Positions 1-9,961 of a stretch of DNA of 64,000 bases are shown in pieces. The position numbers and the translations under genes are program-made. Within the stretch, counting starts at the first letter, position 1; every line of letters starts with the position of its first letter. Origin of the DNA: Geopsychrobacteraceae bacterium (GTDB lineage: Bacteria; Desulfobacterota; Desulfuromonadia; Desulfuromonadales; Geopsychrobacteraceae); NCBI GenBank assembly GCA_963662315.1, contig OY759353.1, forward strand, positions 192,001 through 256,000, read 5' to 3'. The notes beneath the pieces were generated by a model. The model was not told the DNA's origin, did no database searches, and was given only the letters and a program-made list of their open reading frames with translations.

Positions 1-2
1 TG

Positions 3-599
3 GTTGAAGCCACCTGGGATACCGGTGCCTATATGCAGATATCCGGCGTGTTAAAGCGGTTCGCCGTCAAATTATCCAAGATCTGCAGTGATCTGCGCCT
101 GTTATCGTCCGGGCCGCGCGCCGGTCTTAATGAAATCAATTTACCACGCCTGCAACCCGGGTCCTCCATCATGCCGGGTAAGGTCAATCCGGTTATTCCA
201 GAGGTCGTCAACCAGATTGCCTACCAGGTTATTGGCGCCGATCTGACCATCACCATGGCATCGGAAAACGGTCAGTTGGAACTGAACGTTATGGAACCGG
301 TGATCGCTTATAACCTGTTTCAGTCCCTCGAACTGCTTGGCCGCGCCTGCACTGTGCTTAACGAAAAATGTATTTCTGGCATTACCGCCAATCGCCAGCG
401 CTGTCGCGACATGGTTGAGAGCAGCATTGGGCTGGTGACCGCGCTGAATCCCTTTATCGGTTATGAAAACTCTTCTGCCATCGCCAAAGAAGCGCTGGAA
501 ACGGAGCGTTCAGTTTATGAGCTGGTTCTTGAGCACAACCTGCTCAGCAAAGAACGGCTGGATGAGTTGCTGACCGCCGAGAAGATGGCTCACCCCTGA
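3..599 (+). CDS. aspA: Aspartate ammonia-lyase, C-terminal part (runs off the window start)
   Basis: Fumarase/aspartase signature [25 protein letters not shown]; asparaginase nearby. Confidence 0.9.
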   Translation, partial: VEATWDTGAYMQISGVLKRFAVKLSKICSDLRLLSSGPRAGLNEINLPRLQPGSSIMPGKVNPVIPEVVNQIAYQVIGADLTITMASENGQLELNVMEPVIAYNLFQSLELLGRACTVLNEKCISGITANRQRCRDMVESSIGLVTALNPFIGYENSSAIAKEALETERSVYELVLEHNLLSKERLDELLTAEKMAHP

Positions 600-610
600 C
601 CAGACCTTCA

Positions 611-636
611 GCGGGTGCCTGGCTTAGGGCACCCGC
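611..636 (+). terminator. Intra-operon hairpin
   Basis: GCGGGTGCC / GGCACCCGC inverted repeat, no strong U-tract. Confidence 0.5.
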
Positions 637-700
637 CTATATTGAACCGGATAATACCTGCCACTGGGAAAATTATCCGCAACTACAAGAGGAGATACTT

Positions 701-2140
701 ATGACCACCGCGACACCCGTACAACAACAGCCCCGGATGCCAGCCATGTGGCAGGTCTTTCTGGTGTTGGGAGGATTCCTGGCCCTGGCTTTTGCTTTTA
801 CCGGGCTTGGTATTGAAATTCATCTGGCTATTTTTGCCGGTTGGTTTCTGGCTTTTGCCGTTGGCCGTATGGTTGGCCACGACTATCGCAGCATGGAAAA
901 AGCCCTGACCAGCGGGATCAGTAATGGCATGGACGCGATCATTATCCTGCTGGCGGTTGGCGCTTTGGTGGGAACCTGGATTTCCGGTGGAGTCGTCCCG
1001 AGTCTGATTTACTATGGTCTGAAAGTGATCCATCCATCCATCTTTCTGCTCGCGACTCTGATTATCTGTTCATTGACGTCCATCGCGACCGGAACGTCAT
1101 GGGGCACGGCAGGTACTGCCGGGATTGCCATGATGGGGATCGGTGCCGGCCTTGGGATCCCTGCGCCTTTGACCGCCGGTGCGGTTCTGTCGGGAGCTTA
1201 TTTCGGCGATAAATTATCTCCCTTATCTGACAGTACGATATTGACCGCATCCATGTCCGGCATTGATGTCATGGACCATATCAAGGGGATGCTTCCCGGT
1301 TCGGTCATTGGCTACATTCTGGCCGCCATCGCCTTTACCGTGGCTGGCTTTACGGTAGGAAGCGGACATGCTGATCTGGGTCAGATTGACAGGGTTTTGG
1401 GGGCTATTGATAACATGTTTTATGTATCACCCCTCTGCCTGCTACCCATGGTTTTTGTCGTTGCCTTACTGGCCATGCGCAAACCTTCGATCCCGGTAAT
1501 TACTTTTGGCGCAGTGATAGGTATTGTCTGGGGGATCGTGTTTCAGGGTTTGTCTCCGGTGGCCGCAATCAGCACCGCCTGGAGTCAGATTCCCAAAGAC
1601 ACCGGTCTGGTCTTTATCGACAACATTCTCAGTCGCGGGGGCATGAACTCCATGCTCTGGTCCGTCGGTATCATCATTTTCGGTCTTGGTTTTGGTGGAC
1701 TGTTGGATCAGATCGGTGTGCTTAAAGTGTTGGCACAGAAGATCGAGAAAATGATCAAGGGGGGCGGTTCCCTGACAATAACCACAATTATTGTTGGTTT
1801 TCTCGGCAACCTGTTCGGTAGTGCCATGTACGTATCCCTGATTCTGACCCCCAAAATTATGGCTGCCAAATATGATGAGCTTGGTTACCACCGGCGGGTT
1901 TTGTCACGTAACACCGAGTTTGGTGGCACGCTGACTTCGGGTATGGTGCCGTGGAGTGACAACGGTATTTACATGGCTGGTATCCTGGGGGTCGCAACCC
2001 TCGAATACCTCCCTTATATGTGGTTATCCTACAGCTGTATCGCTGTGACGATTTTCTTTGGCTTTAGCAACCGTTTCATGTGGCGTAATCAATCTGGTGG
2101 AGTCGCTGAAACCGAGGTTGAATATCGTCAGGCTGCGTGA
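701..2140 (+). CDS. nhaC: NhaC-family Na+/H+ (malate/lactate or amino acid) antiporter
   Basis: 479 aa polytopic membrane protein; GTSWGTAGT and GAYFGDKLSPLSD motifs; AGGAG RBS. Confidence 0.85.
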   Translation: MTTATPVQQQPRMPAMWQVFLVLGGFLALAFAFTGLGIEIHLAIFAGWFLAFAVGRMVGHDYRSMEKALTSGISNGMDAIIILLAVGALVGTWISGGVVPSLIYYGLKVIHPSIFLLATLIICSLTSIATGTSWGTAGTAGIAMMGIGAGLGIPAPLTAGAVLSGAYFGDKLSPLSDSTILTASMSGIDVMDHIKGMLPGSVIGYILAAIAFTVAGFTVGSGHADLGQIDRVLGAIDNMFYVSPLCLLPMVFVVALLAMRKPSIPVITFGAVIGIVWGIVFQGLSPVAAISTAWSQIPKDTGLVFIDNILSRGGMNSMLWSVGIIIFGLGFGGLLDQIGVLKVLAQKIEKMIKGGGSLTITTIIVGFLGNLFGSAMYVSLILTPKIMAAKYDELGYHRRVLSRNTEFGGTLTSGMVPWSDNGIYMAGILGVATLEYLPYMWLSYSCIAVTIFFGFSNRFMWRNQSGGVAETEVEYRQAA

Positions 2141-2154
2141 AACCCGTTATCCGC

Positions 2155-2189
2155 GATGTGCCCCGCAGACGTATCGTGCGGGGCACATC
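2155..2189 (+). terminator. Intra-operon hairpin
   Basis: GATGTGCCCCGCA / TGCGGGGCACATC perfect 13-bp inverted repeat. Confidence 0.55.
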
Positions 2190-2207
2190 AAATAAAGGAA
2201 CAGAGCA

Positions 2208-3194
2208 ATGAAGAAAATACTGCTTATTGCCACTGGCGGTACGATTGCCTGCAGCACAACAGAAGCAGGTCTTGCCCCGGTTGCCGATGCTGACAGTCTA
2301 CTTGCCTGTGTGCCGGAAATGCGCAGTTTGTGTCATTTGCAATCACTGTCATTAATGACCATTGACAGTACCAATATGACGCCTCAGAACATGGCGCAGA
2401 TTGCCCGGGCGATCTTTGATCATTATTGTGATTATGATGGTTTTGTCGTGACCCACGGTACAGATACTATGGGGTATACCTCTGCGGCATTGACTTATAT
2501 GCTGCCGCATATAGGTAAACCTGTTGTGCTGACCGGGTCGCAACTGGCTATGGAAGCGCCGCATACCGATGCCCGGCAAAATCTGTCGGACGCGCTGCGT
2601 TTTGTTCTTGAGGGGCAGGCTGGAATTTATGTGGTTTTTAATGGCAAGGTCATCAACGGCACACGTGCCATTAAAGTCAAGACCCACAGTATGGATGCTT
2701 TTGCCAGCGTTAATGCTCCTTTGGTGGCAGAAATCACTTGCGGAAAAATCCGTTACCCGGAACCTTTGCCGCAGGTCAGCCAACAGGCCTCCCTCCCGCA
2801 ACTTCTGGATCGCTTTTGCCCGGATGTGTTTCTGCTCAAAATATCCCCCTGTGTCCGTGCCGATATCTTTGATCTGATCCGCCAGAATTATCGCGGGTTG
2901 GTGATTGAAGGTTTTGGTATTGGTGGCATTCCCGGGCACCTGCTCGATGGGATTCAGCAGTTAATTGAAGCGGGTATTGCCGTTGTCATTGCCACTCAAT
3001 GTCTTGAAGAAGGGGTAGATCTGGGTATCTATCAGGTTGGTCAGGATCTGGCGCGACACAATGTAATTTATGCCGGGGATATGAATAGTGAAGCCCTGGT
3101 TATGAAACTGATGTGGGCACTGGGCAATTATGACAGTCTGTCTCAGATTAAACAGTTTATGGAAACGCCTGTTGGCGGGGATCGGCTGCAATAA
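2208..3194 (+). CDS. ansA: L-asparaginase, type I (cytoplasmic)
   Basis: ATGGTIA and HGTDTM catalytic motifs; no signal peptide. Confidence 0.9.
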   Translation: MKKILLIATGGTIACSTTEAGLAPVADADSLLACVPEMRSLCHLQSLSLMTIDSTNMTPQNMAQIARAIFDHYCDYDGFVVTHGTDTMGYTSAALTYMLPHIGKPVVLTGSQLAMEAPHTDARQNLSDALRFVLEGQAGIYVVFNGKVINGTRAIKVKTHSMDAFASVNAPLVAEITCGKIRYPEPLPQVSQQASLPQLLDRFCPDVFLLKISPCVRADIFDLIRQNYRGLVIEGFGIGGIPGHLLDGIQQLIEAGIAVVIATQCLEEGVDLGIYQVGQDLARHNVIYAGDMNSEALVMKLMWALGNYDSLSQIKQFMETPVGGDRLQ

Positions 3195-3234
3195 ACAGGG
3201 TCAGTCGCTTTGAACGTTATTATTCCAATCCGTC

Positions 3235-3276
3235 ACGCCCTCTTGCTGGTCAGCAATGAGGGCGTTGGTGTTTTTT
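3235..3276 (+). terminator. Rho-independent terminator
   Basis: ACGCCCTCTTGCTG / CAGCAATGAGGGCGT stem with a T-tract 5 nt downstream. Confidence 0.65.
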
Positions 3277-3388
3277 ACGATAATGTCCTTTTCAACTCTG
3301 ATATAACTCTGTAATCAGTTGTTATAACCTGTCTATCCCGGTGGGGTTGCCCACCTGGAGGCTCTCTTACCTGTGGTGGATACTGAAT

Positions 3389-5371
3389 ATGTTGCCAAAC
3401 GGTTACCCTTTTGAGCTCAATCATATCTATGACTGCTGGAAACGGGTTGTGCGCGACGCAGAGCCTCCATGTCCGTCCATGAGCATTGATCCGGCCGTTC
3501 TGCATTCCTGGCAGCGTTGCCTTTTGGGGCAGGGGAGAACGTCTGCCGGAACCCGCAATGTTTCTTCCCGCGATACTTCTGCCCTAGCCAAGAAAAATCG
3601 TGAATTTCTGATTAATGATGGTCTAAGCCACCTGGAAGATTGTCATCAGTATCTTGAGGGAACCAAGTCGGTCCTTGCTCTGGCCGATGGCGATGCCGGG
3701 TTTATCCATGTTATAGGTGATCATGATATGATTTTTCATGTGGCTCGCCTCGGGGTACGGGCCGGAACCTGCTGGGATGAACATCAGGCCGGAACCAATG
3801 CCGTGGCTTTGTGTCTTGAGCATGCCGCTCCCACTCAGGTCATTGGTGCCGAGCACTTTTACAGTACCATGCATAGCCTGGCAACGACGGCAGCGCCGGT
3901 TCATGACATCAATGGGCGGATTATTGCTGTTATCGCCCTGATTACCCCGGTTCAGGATATTACCCGTCATGCTCTGTCCATGATCATGACGGTGGCCAAG
4001 GCGTTGGAAAACAGTATGCAGGCACAACATTGCCTGGATGAATCAACGTCCCGTCTGATTGAAATGAACGCTATCCTTGGTTCCATTGCAGATGGGATTA
4101 TCGTCTGGAACCATGAAGGTATTGTGACCCATATCAATGCCAAGGCCTCCAACCTGCTGGGGTTATCGATTCCGGTTGTACAGGGGACCTGGGTTGGTGC
4201 GGTTATGCATCTTCCTGAAGTCGTTCGCCAGGCCTGGGAGCACAGCCAGGTTCTGACCGATGTGGAAACGACTTTTGCTGTCGGCTCGCGGCATGTCCCG
4301 GCACTGGTGTCATTGCAACCGTTCCAGGTTGATGCCGGGCAGGGGGGTGCTTTTCTGTTGGTTTTGAGAGCGATTGCTGATGTCAGACGTCTGGTGAATT
4401 TTCAGACCGGAACCCAGGCGCGTATCAGTTTTAATGATCTGCCGGTCAAATCTGCGGCCATGAAGCGGGTGGTCAGGCAGGCGCGTTCGGCCGCTGACAG
4501 TATGGCTCCTGTTCTGTTGCGCGGTGACGATGGTGTCGGGCGTATTCAGCTGGCCCAGGCCATCCACAATGAAGGGCCACGGGCGGGGAAACCTTTTGTT
4601 GCCATCAACTGCAACGCGATTCCTCTGGAATTGATGGCTGCCGAACTGATTGGTAGTGGGAGTGGTAAAGACAGCCCCGGGCAGCCCAGTAAATTTGAAC
4701 TTGCCGATGGTGGGACTTTGTTACTGGATCGGGTTGAGGCTTTGTCACGGGAGATGCAGTCTGCTCTGGTTCACCTGATCGAAAACGGCACGGTGCTACG
4801 TCTTAGGAGTCATGAGCCGATTGCTGTTGATGTTCGCATTATTGCGCTGACTTCGGCAGATCTGGAAAAAATGGTTGCAGAAGGGACTTTCAGTCGCCGC
4901 CTTTATTATACCTTTTTTGTCTTTTCCATCGTGGTGGCGGCTTTGCGGGAACGCCCCGAAGATATTCGCTTTGCTGCGCAGCGCTGCCTGGAGCGGCTGG
5001 GGCAGCAGCGTGGCCTTGAGCTGGGGCTAAATGACGCTTGTCTGAAAATCCTTGAAACCTACCATTGGCCGGGAAATTTGCGAGAACTTGAAATTGCCTT
5101 AGAGCAGGCAGCCGGACAGTGCCAAGGCGGGATAATTACGCCTGACGACCTGCCTGATGCCGTGCGCAGCAGGCGGCTGTTTGACATTCCGGCCCCGGCC
5201 CATCAGGTATTGTCTGCGCGTGAGGCGCAGCGCGAAGCGATTAAGCGGGCTGCCTGGCTGACGGGAGGCAAAGTTGGTGCTATGGCCGATATGCTTGGCC
5301 TCAGTCGCACAACGCTGTGGCGTCGCCTTAAAGATATGGACATTTCGGTAAAGCACTATCGCCAACGCTAA
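3389..5371 (+). CDS. dhaR: DhaR-like regulator (GAF-PAS-AAA+-HTH) of the dihydroxyacetone kinase operon
   Basis: GAF motif GTNAVAL..GAEHF, PAS, AAA+ (KFELADGGTL, WPGNLREL), C-terminal HTH (LGLSRTTLWRRLK); directly upstream of dhaKLM; start chosen at ATG 3389. Confidence 0.8.
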   Translation: MLPNGYPFELNHIYDCWKRVVRDAEPPCPSMSIDPAVLHSWQRCLLGQGRTSAGTRNVSSRDTSALAKKNREFLINDGLSHLEDCHQYLEGTKSVLALADGDAGFIHVIGDHDMIFHVARLGVRAGTCWDEHQAGTNAVALCLEHAAPTQVIGAEHFYSTMHSLATTAAPVHDINGRIIAVIALITPVQDITRHALSMIMTVAKALENSMQAQHCLDESTSRLIEMNAILGSIADGIIVWNHEGIVTHINAKASNLLGLSIPVVQGTWVGAVMHLPEVVRQAWEHSQVLTDVETTFAVGSRHVPALVSLQPFQVDAGQGGAFLLVLRAIADVRRLVNFQTGTQARISFNDLPVKSAAMKRVVRQARSAADSMAPVLLRGDDGVGRIQLAQAIHNEGPRAGKPFVAINCNAIPLELMAAELIGSGSGKDSPGQPSKFELADGGTLLLDRVEALSREMQSALVHLIENGTVLRLRSHEPIAVDVRIIALTSADLEKMVAEGTFSRRLYYTFFVFSIVVAALRERPEDIRFAAQRCLERLGQQRGLELGLNDACLKILETYHWPGNLRELEIALEQAAGQCQGGIITPDDLPDAVRSRRLFDIPAPAHQVLSAREAQREAIKRAAWLTGGKVGAMADMLGLSRTTLWRRLKDMDISVKHYRQR

Positions 5372-5374
5372 TCA

Positions 5375-5417
5375 TTCAATATGAAACTAAATTCAATAAA
5401 GTGTTTCAAAATGAAAC
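5375..5417. promoter_or_regulatory. Two TTCA-N3-TGAAAC palindromes, candidate DhaR sites
   Basis: TTCAATATGAAAC (5375-5387) and GTTTCAAAATGAAAC (5403-5417), centres 30 bp apart, upstream of dhaK. Confidence 0.55.
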
Positions 5418-5525
5418 CAAATTACGATTTTTTTTGTCATGTTATGTTCGAAAACGTACAAATGGTGCGGTACCGAAAATAGTCACATTTTTCAGGTTGG
5501 CATTAACTTAACGGGAGGACGAAGC

Positions 5526-6590
5526 ATGAAAAAACTGGTCAATGATACCGAGCAGGTGGTTGTCGAACAGCTGGAAGGGATGGCGGCGGCTCATCCTGAA
5601 TTGCAGGTCAATATTGCTCCTCACTATATTTGCCGGGCGCAAAAGGCCGACAAGGTTGTCATCATTTCCGGCGGGGGCAGTGGCCATGAGCCGATGCATG
5701 GTGGCTATGTCGGCACCGGAATGTTAGATGGCGCCTGTCCCGGTGAAGTCTTTACCTCACCAACCCCCGATCAGATGTACGAATGTGCAAAAGCTATTGC
5801 TGGGCCTAAAGGGGTCCTGTTTCTGGTCAAGAACTACACGGGCGATGTCATGAACTTTGAAACCGCGGCGGAACTGGTTGCGGCGGAAGGTATTCCGGTA
5901 CAAAGTATTCTGATTGATGACGATGTCGCTGTAAAAGATAGCCTCTATACTGCGGGCCGTCGTGGTGTAGGAACGACTGTCCTGGTGGAAAAAATTGTCG
6001 GAGCTGCAGCTGAAGCCGGGTATTCCCTGGAACAATGTGCCGATCTGGCGCGCAAAGTTAATCTCAATGGACGTTCGATGGGGATGGCCCTGACACCCTG
6101 TACGGTGCCAGCGGCAGGAAAGCCGAACTTTACCCTGGCTGAAGATGAAATTGAAATTGGTATAGGTATCCACGGTGAGCCGGGGATTGAGCGCAGTACG
6201 ATGAAGAGCGCGGATGAGATTACCGATATTCTGGCTCAGCACATTCTTGCCGACAAAGGGTACAGCCGTACCGTGCGCGAGTGGGATGGCAGCGCTGGTC
6301 AATGGGAAGAAAAACAGCTGGTTGATGAAGATCTCAACAGTGGGGAAAGTGTCATAGCTTTTGTCAACAGTATGGGGGGCACTCCTTTGTCTGAGCTTTA
6401 CACGGTGTACCGACGCCTGAACAAAGTCTGTGCTGATAAAGATATAAGAATTGTCCGTAACCTGGTAGGGCCCTACATTACAGCGCTGGAAATGCAGGGT
6501 GTTTCCATTACGCTGCTTAAAGTTGATGAAGAAATTCTCAAATTCTGGGATGCCCCGGTCAATACGCCGGGGTTACGCTGGGGAATGTAA
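5526..6590 (+). CDS. dhaK: Dihydroxyacetone kinase subunit K
   Basis: MKKLVN start with [31 protein letters not shown] motifs. Confidence 0.95.
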   Translation: MKKLVNDTEQVVVEQLEGMAAAHPELQVNIAPHYICRAQKADKVVIISGGGSGHEPMHGGYVGTGMLDGACPGEVFTSPTPDQMYECAKAIAGPKGVLFLVKNYTGDVMNFETAAELVAAEGIPVQSILIDDDVAVKDSLYTAGRRGVGTTVLVEKIVGAAAEAGYSLEQCADLARKVNLNGRSMGMALTPCTVPAAGKPNFTLAEDEIEIGIGIHGEPGIERSTMKSADEITDILAQHILADKGYSRTVREWDGSAGQWEEKQLVDEDLNSGESVIAFVNSMGGTPLSELYTVYRRLNKVCADKDIRIVRNLVGPYITALEMQGVSITLLKVDEEILKFWDAPVNTPGLRWGM

Positions 6591-6703
6591 GCATGCTCGA
6601 GTTGCCGTTCTTCAGGCTGGGGGACGGCAACTGAAGTCACGGATTCAGAACAGATTAACCTTGGTAGCGGCTGCGGCGCTACCGATCTTGGAGGACCCAA
6701 CAG

Positions 6704-7333
6704 ATGGTTGTTACGAAACAGCAGATTATCGACTGGCTGGCCATGGTCGCTGATGTTATGGCTGCAAATAAAGAGTTGCTGATTGATCTTGACGCTGCGA
6801 TCGGCGATGGTGATCACGGCAGCAATATGAATCGTGGTTTTGCCAAGGTTCGGGAACAGTTGCCAAAGCTTGCCCAGGGCGATATCGGGACCATTCTTAA
6901 AACCACCGGTATGACGTTGATGTCCAGTGTCGGGGGCGCCAGTGGTCCTTTGTACGGAACCTTTTTCATGCGTGCCGGTATGGCTTTGGCTGCCAAGGAA
7001 GAGCTGGACAGTCATGACCTGCTGTCTCTGCTTCGTTCCGGCTGTGAAGGTATTGTTCAGCGTGGTAAACCGAACCTGGGGGATAAAACCATGTACGATG
7101 TCTGGCAACCCGTGGTGAATTGTTTTGAGCAGTCTTTAGCCGATCAGGATCTTCATGGTGCTCTGGTTGCCAGTGTCGAGGTGGGCAAAACCGCTCTGCA
7201 GGCGACCATTCCGATGCAGGCTAAAAAAGGGCGAGCCAGTTACCTTGGTGAACGAAGTATCGGTCATCAGGATCCGGGGGCGACATCGTCCTGGCTTATG
7301 CTGAACGCCCTGGCAGATGTTTTAAAAGGTTAA
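6704..7333 (+). CDS. dhaL: Dihydroxyacetone kinase ADP-binding subunit L
   Basis: LDAAIGDGDHG, GGASGPLYG, GDKTM, KGRASYLGERS, DPGA motifs. Confidence 0.95.
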   Translation: MVVTKQQIIDWLAMVADVMAANKELLIDLDAAIGDGDHGSNMNRGFAKVREQLPKLAQGDIGTILKTTGMTLMSSVGGASGPLYGTFFMRAGMALAAKEELDSHDLLSLLRSGCEGIVQRGKPNLGDKTMYDVWQPVVNCFEQSLADQDLHGALVASVEVGKTALQATIPMQAKKGRASYLGERSIGHQDPGATSSWLMLNALADVLKG

Positions 7334-7341
7334 GGGACATT

Positions 7342-9798
7342 ATGGTTGGTCTTGTTGTTGTTTCCCACAGCAGGGTTCTGGTCTCCGGGCTGCAGGAACT
7401 GGTCGCGCAGATGGTTCCGGATCTTGACCGGATTGCTTTTATCGGCGGAACCGGTGATCCCGAAAGTCCGATCGGTACTGATCCGATGCAGGTCATGGAA
7501 GCTATAACCCGGGTTGCCGACGGTGATGGGGTGCTGGTGCTGATGGACCTTGGCAGCGCGATCATGAGCGCGGAAACGGCCTTGGATTTTATCGAAGACG
7601 AGATCCGTCAGCAGGTGCGACTGAGCTCGGCCCCCATTGTTGAAGGGACTCTTTCTGCAGCGATACAGGCTTCGCTGGGTGCTGATCTTGAAACGGTTGC
7701 GGCAGAGGCGAAAAGTGCTCTGAGTGTAAAGGCTGCCCAACTTGACGATCAAACCGCTTGTGTTGACGATGATTTTGAGTCCCCCACTGATGGCATCGGG
7801 CTTGAGTTGGTCATTAAAAACGTTAATGGGCTGCATGCCCGTCCGGCAGCGCGTCTGGTCAGCTGTGCTGGTTCATTTAATGCGCAGATTTCTTTAGCCA
7901 AGGGCGATAAACAGGTCAATGCCAAGAGTATCAATCAGGTTGCAACTCTTGGGGTTCGTTGTGGGGAACAGGTTGTACTGACTTTTTCCGGGGACGATGC
8001 TGAGGCGGCACGCACGGCAATGCAGCAACTCTATCGGGATAACTTTGGTGAAAGTCTGGAGAGTGAGTCCGCGTTGCCGACCGCCACGGCTGAGTCGGTA
8101 ACTGAAGACGGCCTGACCGGTCGCGTTGTTTGTCCCGGTATCGCCATCGGACCGGCCTGGGTATATCTGGGACCTTCAGTCGTGGTTGAACCGCGAAAAA
8201 TTACTGATCCTGCGGCTGAAATTCTGCGCTTTCAGCAGGCGCTTGCGGCTGCCATCCGTGGTGCAGATAAGTTAAAGCTGGTCGCTCAAAGCATGGCCGG
8301 GGCAGAGCAGGCGGAGATTTTTACCTTCCACAAATTGCTGCTCGAAGATGAGCAGACCATCAATAAAACTGTTGCGACCATTGAAAATGAGCAGCAGTGC
8401 GCTGAATATGCCTGGAGCCGTGCCATCGAGGACGTTGCGGCAACTTATGAGGCGGTTGCTGATGATTATCTGCGGGGCCGGGCCAGCGATGTTTATGATG
8501 TCCGAACTCGTGTTCTGCAACAGCTTGGCTTTGAAACTCGGCCTGTTTTTGACGCTCTGGAGCCTGTCGTTGTTCTGGCCCGTGATCTGTCCCCGTCTGT
8601 GGTGGCAGAACTACCCCAGGAGCAGGTCCTTGGTTTGTGTCTGAGTGAAGGTGGGGTGACCTCCCATGCGGCGATCATTGCTGCTTCTCGCGGTATTCCG
8701 ACCCTGGTTGGGGTTCGGGACGCACTAGCATCGGTCAAAAGTGGTGATCCGGTGATTGTTGATGCCGAGACCGGACGTTTGTGGAGTTGTCCGGATACTG
8801 ACACTCTTGCTCGCTATGAAGAGCAACAACGGACCTGGCTGCAACGTCGGGAAGAGCAGTTGCTGGGCAGTCAGCGGGTTGCGGTTACGACTGACGGTGT
8901 TGAAATCAGTGTCGTAGCCAATATTGGCAGCAGCCAGGATGTTCAGTCCGCTTTGGCGAGTGGTGCCGAAGGGGTTGGCTTGTTCCGTACTGAATTTCTG
9001 TTCCTGGATCGCAACTCTGAACCGGATGAGGATGAGCAATACCAGATTTACCGGAGCGTTGCCGAGGCTATGGGCGAGAAACCGGTCATTATACGTACCC
9101 TGGACGTCGGCGGAGATAAGCCTGTTCCCTATATATTTTCCGAGCCGGAGGACAATCCTTTTCTCGGGCTACGCGGCATCCGTTTGTCCTTGGCCCATAA
9201 AGATCTGTTCTTAAGGCAGTTACGCTCTATACTGAGAGCTTCGCATCAGACACAGATAAAAATCATGTTCCCGATGATCAGCTCTGTAACCGAATTTCAG
9301 CACGCGACAGAGCTGGTTAATGAAGCGATGCAACAGCTGGATCAGGCAGGTCATTCTTATAACCAGAATATTCAACTCGGGGTCATGATCGAAGTTCCGG
9401 CGGCTGTGGCGATTGCCGATCAGCTTGCAGACGTTGCGGATTTTTTCAGTCTTGGCACCAATGATCTGTCTCAATACGTGATGGCTGCCGATCGGGGTAA
9501 TCCTCGGGTTGCCGATCTGCCCGATCCTTATGCCCCGGCAGTCCTGAGAATGATTCAGCAGACCGTTGCTGCAGGTCGGAAAGCCGGAATCGAAGTCGGT
9601 ATGTGCGGGGCATTTGCCGGTCTTACTGATGCTGCCGCACTGCTTGTCGGGCTTGGTTTAACCAAACTGAGTATGAGCGCTGCACAGATTCCTGCACAAA
9701 AAGAAGCGTTACGTCAAATTGACAGCCTTATGGCCAAAGATCTGTTAAATACCGCACTGCTTCAACCGAGTGGTTCAGCGGTAAAGGCACTGTTATAG
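7342..9798 (+). CDS. dhaM: DhaM phosphotransferase: EIIA(Man-like)-HPr-complete Enzyme I fusion
   Basis: VVSHS (EIIA His), GLHARPAA (HPr His), TSHAAI (EI His), PEP-binding domain GLFRTEFLF, RTLDVGGDK, MIEVP, GTNDL, MCG. Confidence 0.9.
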   Translation: MVGLVVVSHSRVLVSGLQELVAQMVPDLDRIAFIGGTGDPESPIGTDPMQVMEAITRVADGDGVLVLMDLGSAIMSAETALDFIEDEIRQQVRLSSAPIVEGTLSAAIQASLGADLETVAAEAKSALSVKAAQLDDQTACVDDDFESPTDGIGLELVIKNVNGLHARPAARLVSCAGSFNAQISLAKGDKQVNAKSINQVATLGVRCGEQVVLTFSGDDAEAARTAMQQLYRDNFGESLESESALPTATAESVTEDGLTGRVVCPGIAIGPAWVYLGPSVVVEPRKITDPAAEILRFQQALAAAIRGADKLKLVAQSMAGAEQAEIFTFHKLLLEDEQTINKTVATIENEQQCAEYAWSRAIEDVAATYEAVADDYLRGRASDVYDVRTRVLQQLGFETRPVFDALEPVVVLARDLSPSVVAELPQEQVLGLCLSEGGVTSHAAIIAASRGIPTLVGVRDALASVKSGDPVIVDAETGRLWSCPDTDTLARYEEQQRTWLQRREEQLLGSQRVAVTTDGVEISVVANIGSSQDVQSALASGAEGVGLFRTEFLFLDRNSEPDEDEQYQIYRSVAEAMGEKPVIIRTLDVGGDKPVPYIFSEPEDNPFLGLRGIRLSLAHKDLFLRQLRSILRASHQTQIKIMFPMISSVTEFQHATELVNEAMQQLDQAGHSYNQNIQLGVMIEVPAAVAIADQLADVADFFSLGTNDLSQYVMAADRGNPRVADLPDPYAPAVLRMIQQTVAAGRKAGIEVGMCGAFAGLTDAAALLVGLGLTKLSMSAAQIPAQKEALRQIDSLMAKDLLNTALLQPSGSAVKALL

Positions 9799-9961
9799 TT
9801 CTGTCACCACAGGATACAATCAAGTGGTCATATTCTCACTGAGACAGTTCTATTTTTTTCACAAGTCTTCTGAAATTATCAGCCAGTTCGTTTATACTGA
9901 AGCCTCATTCGACATATTCGCTTGCCTGATAGGGGCGTGAATTCAGAGAGGATACTTAGCT

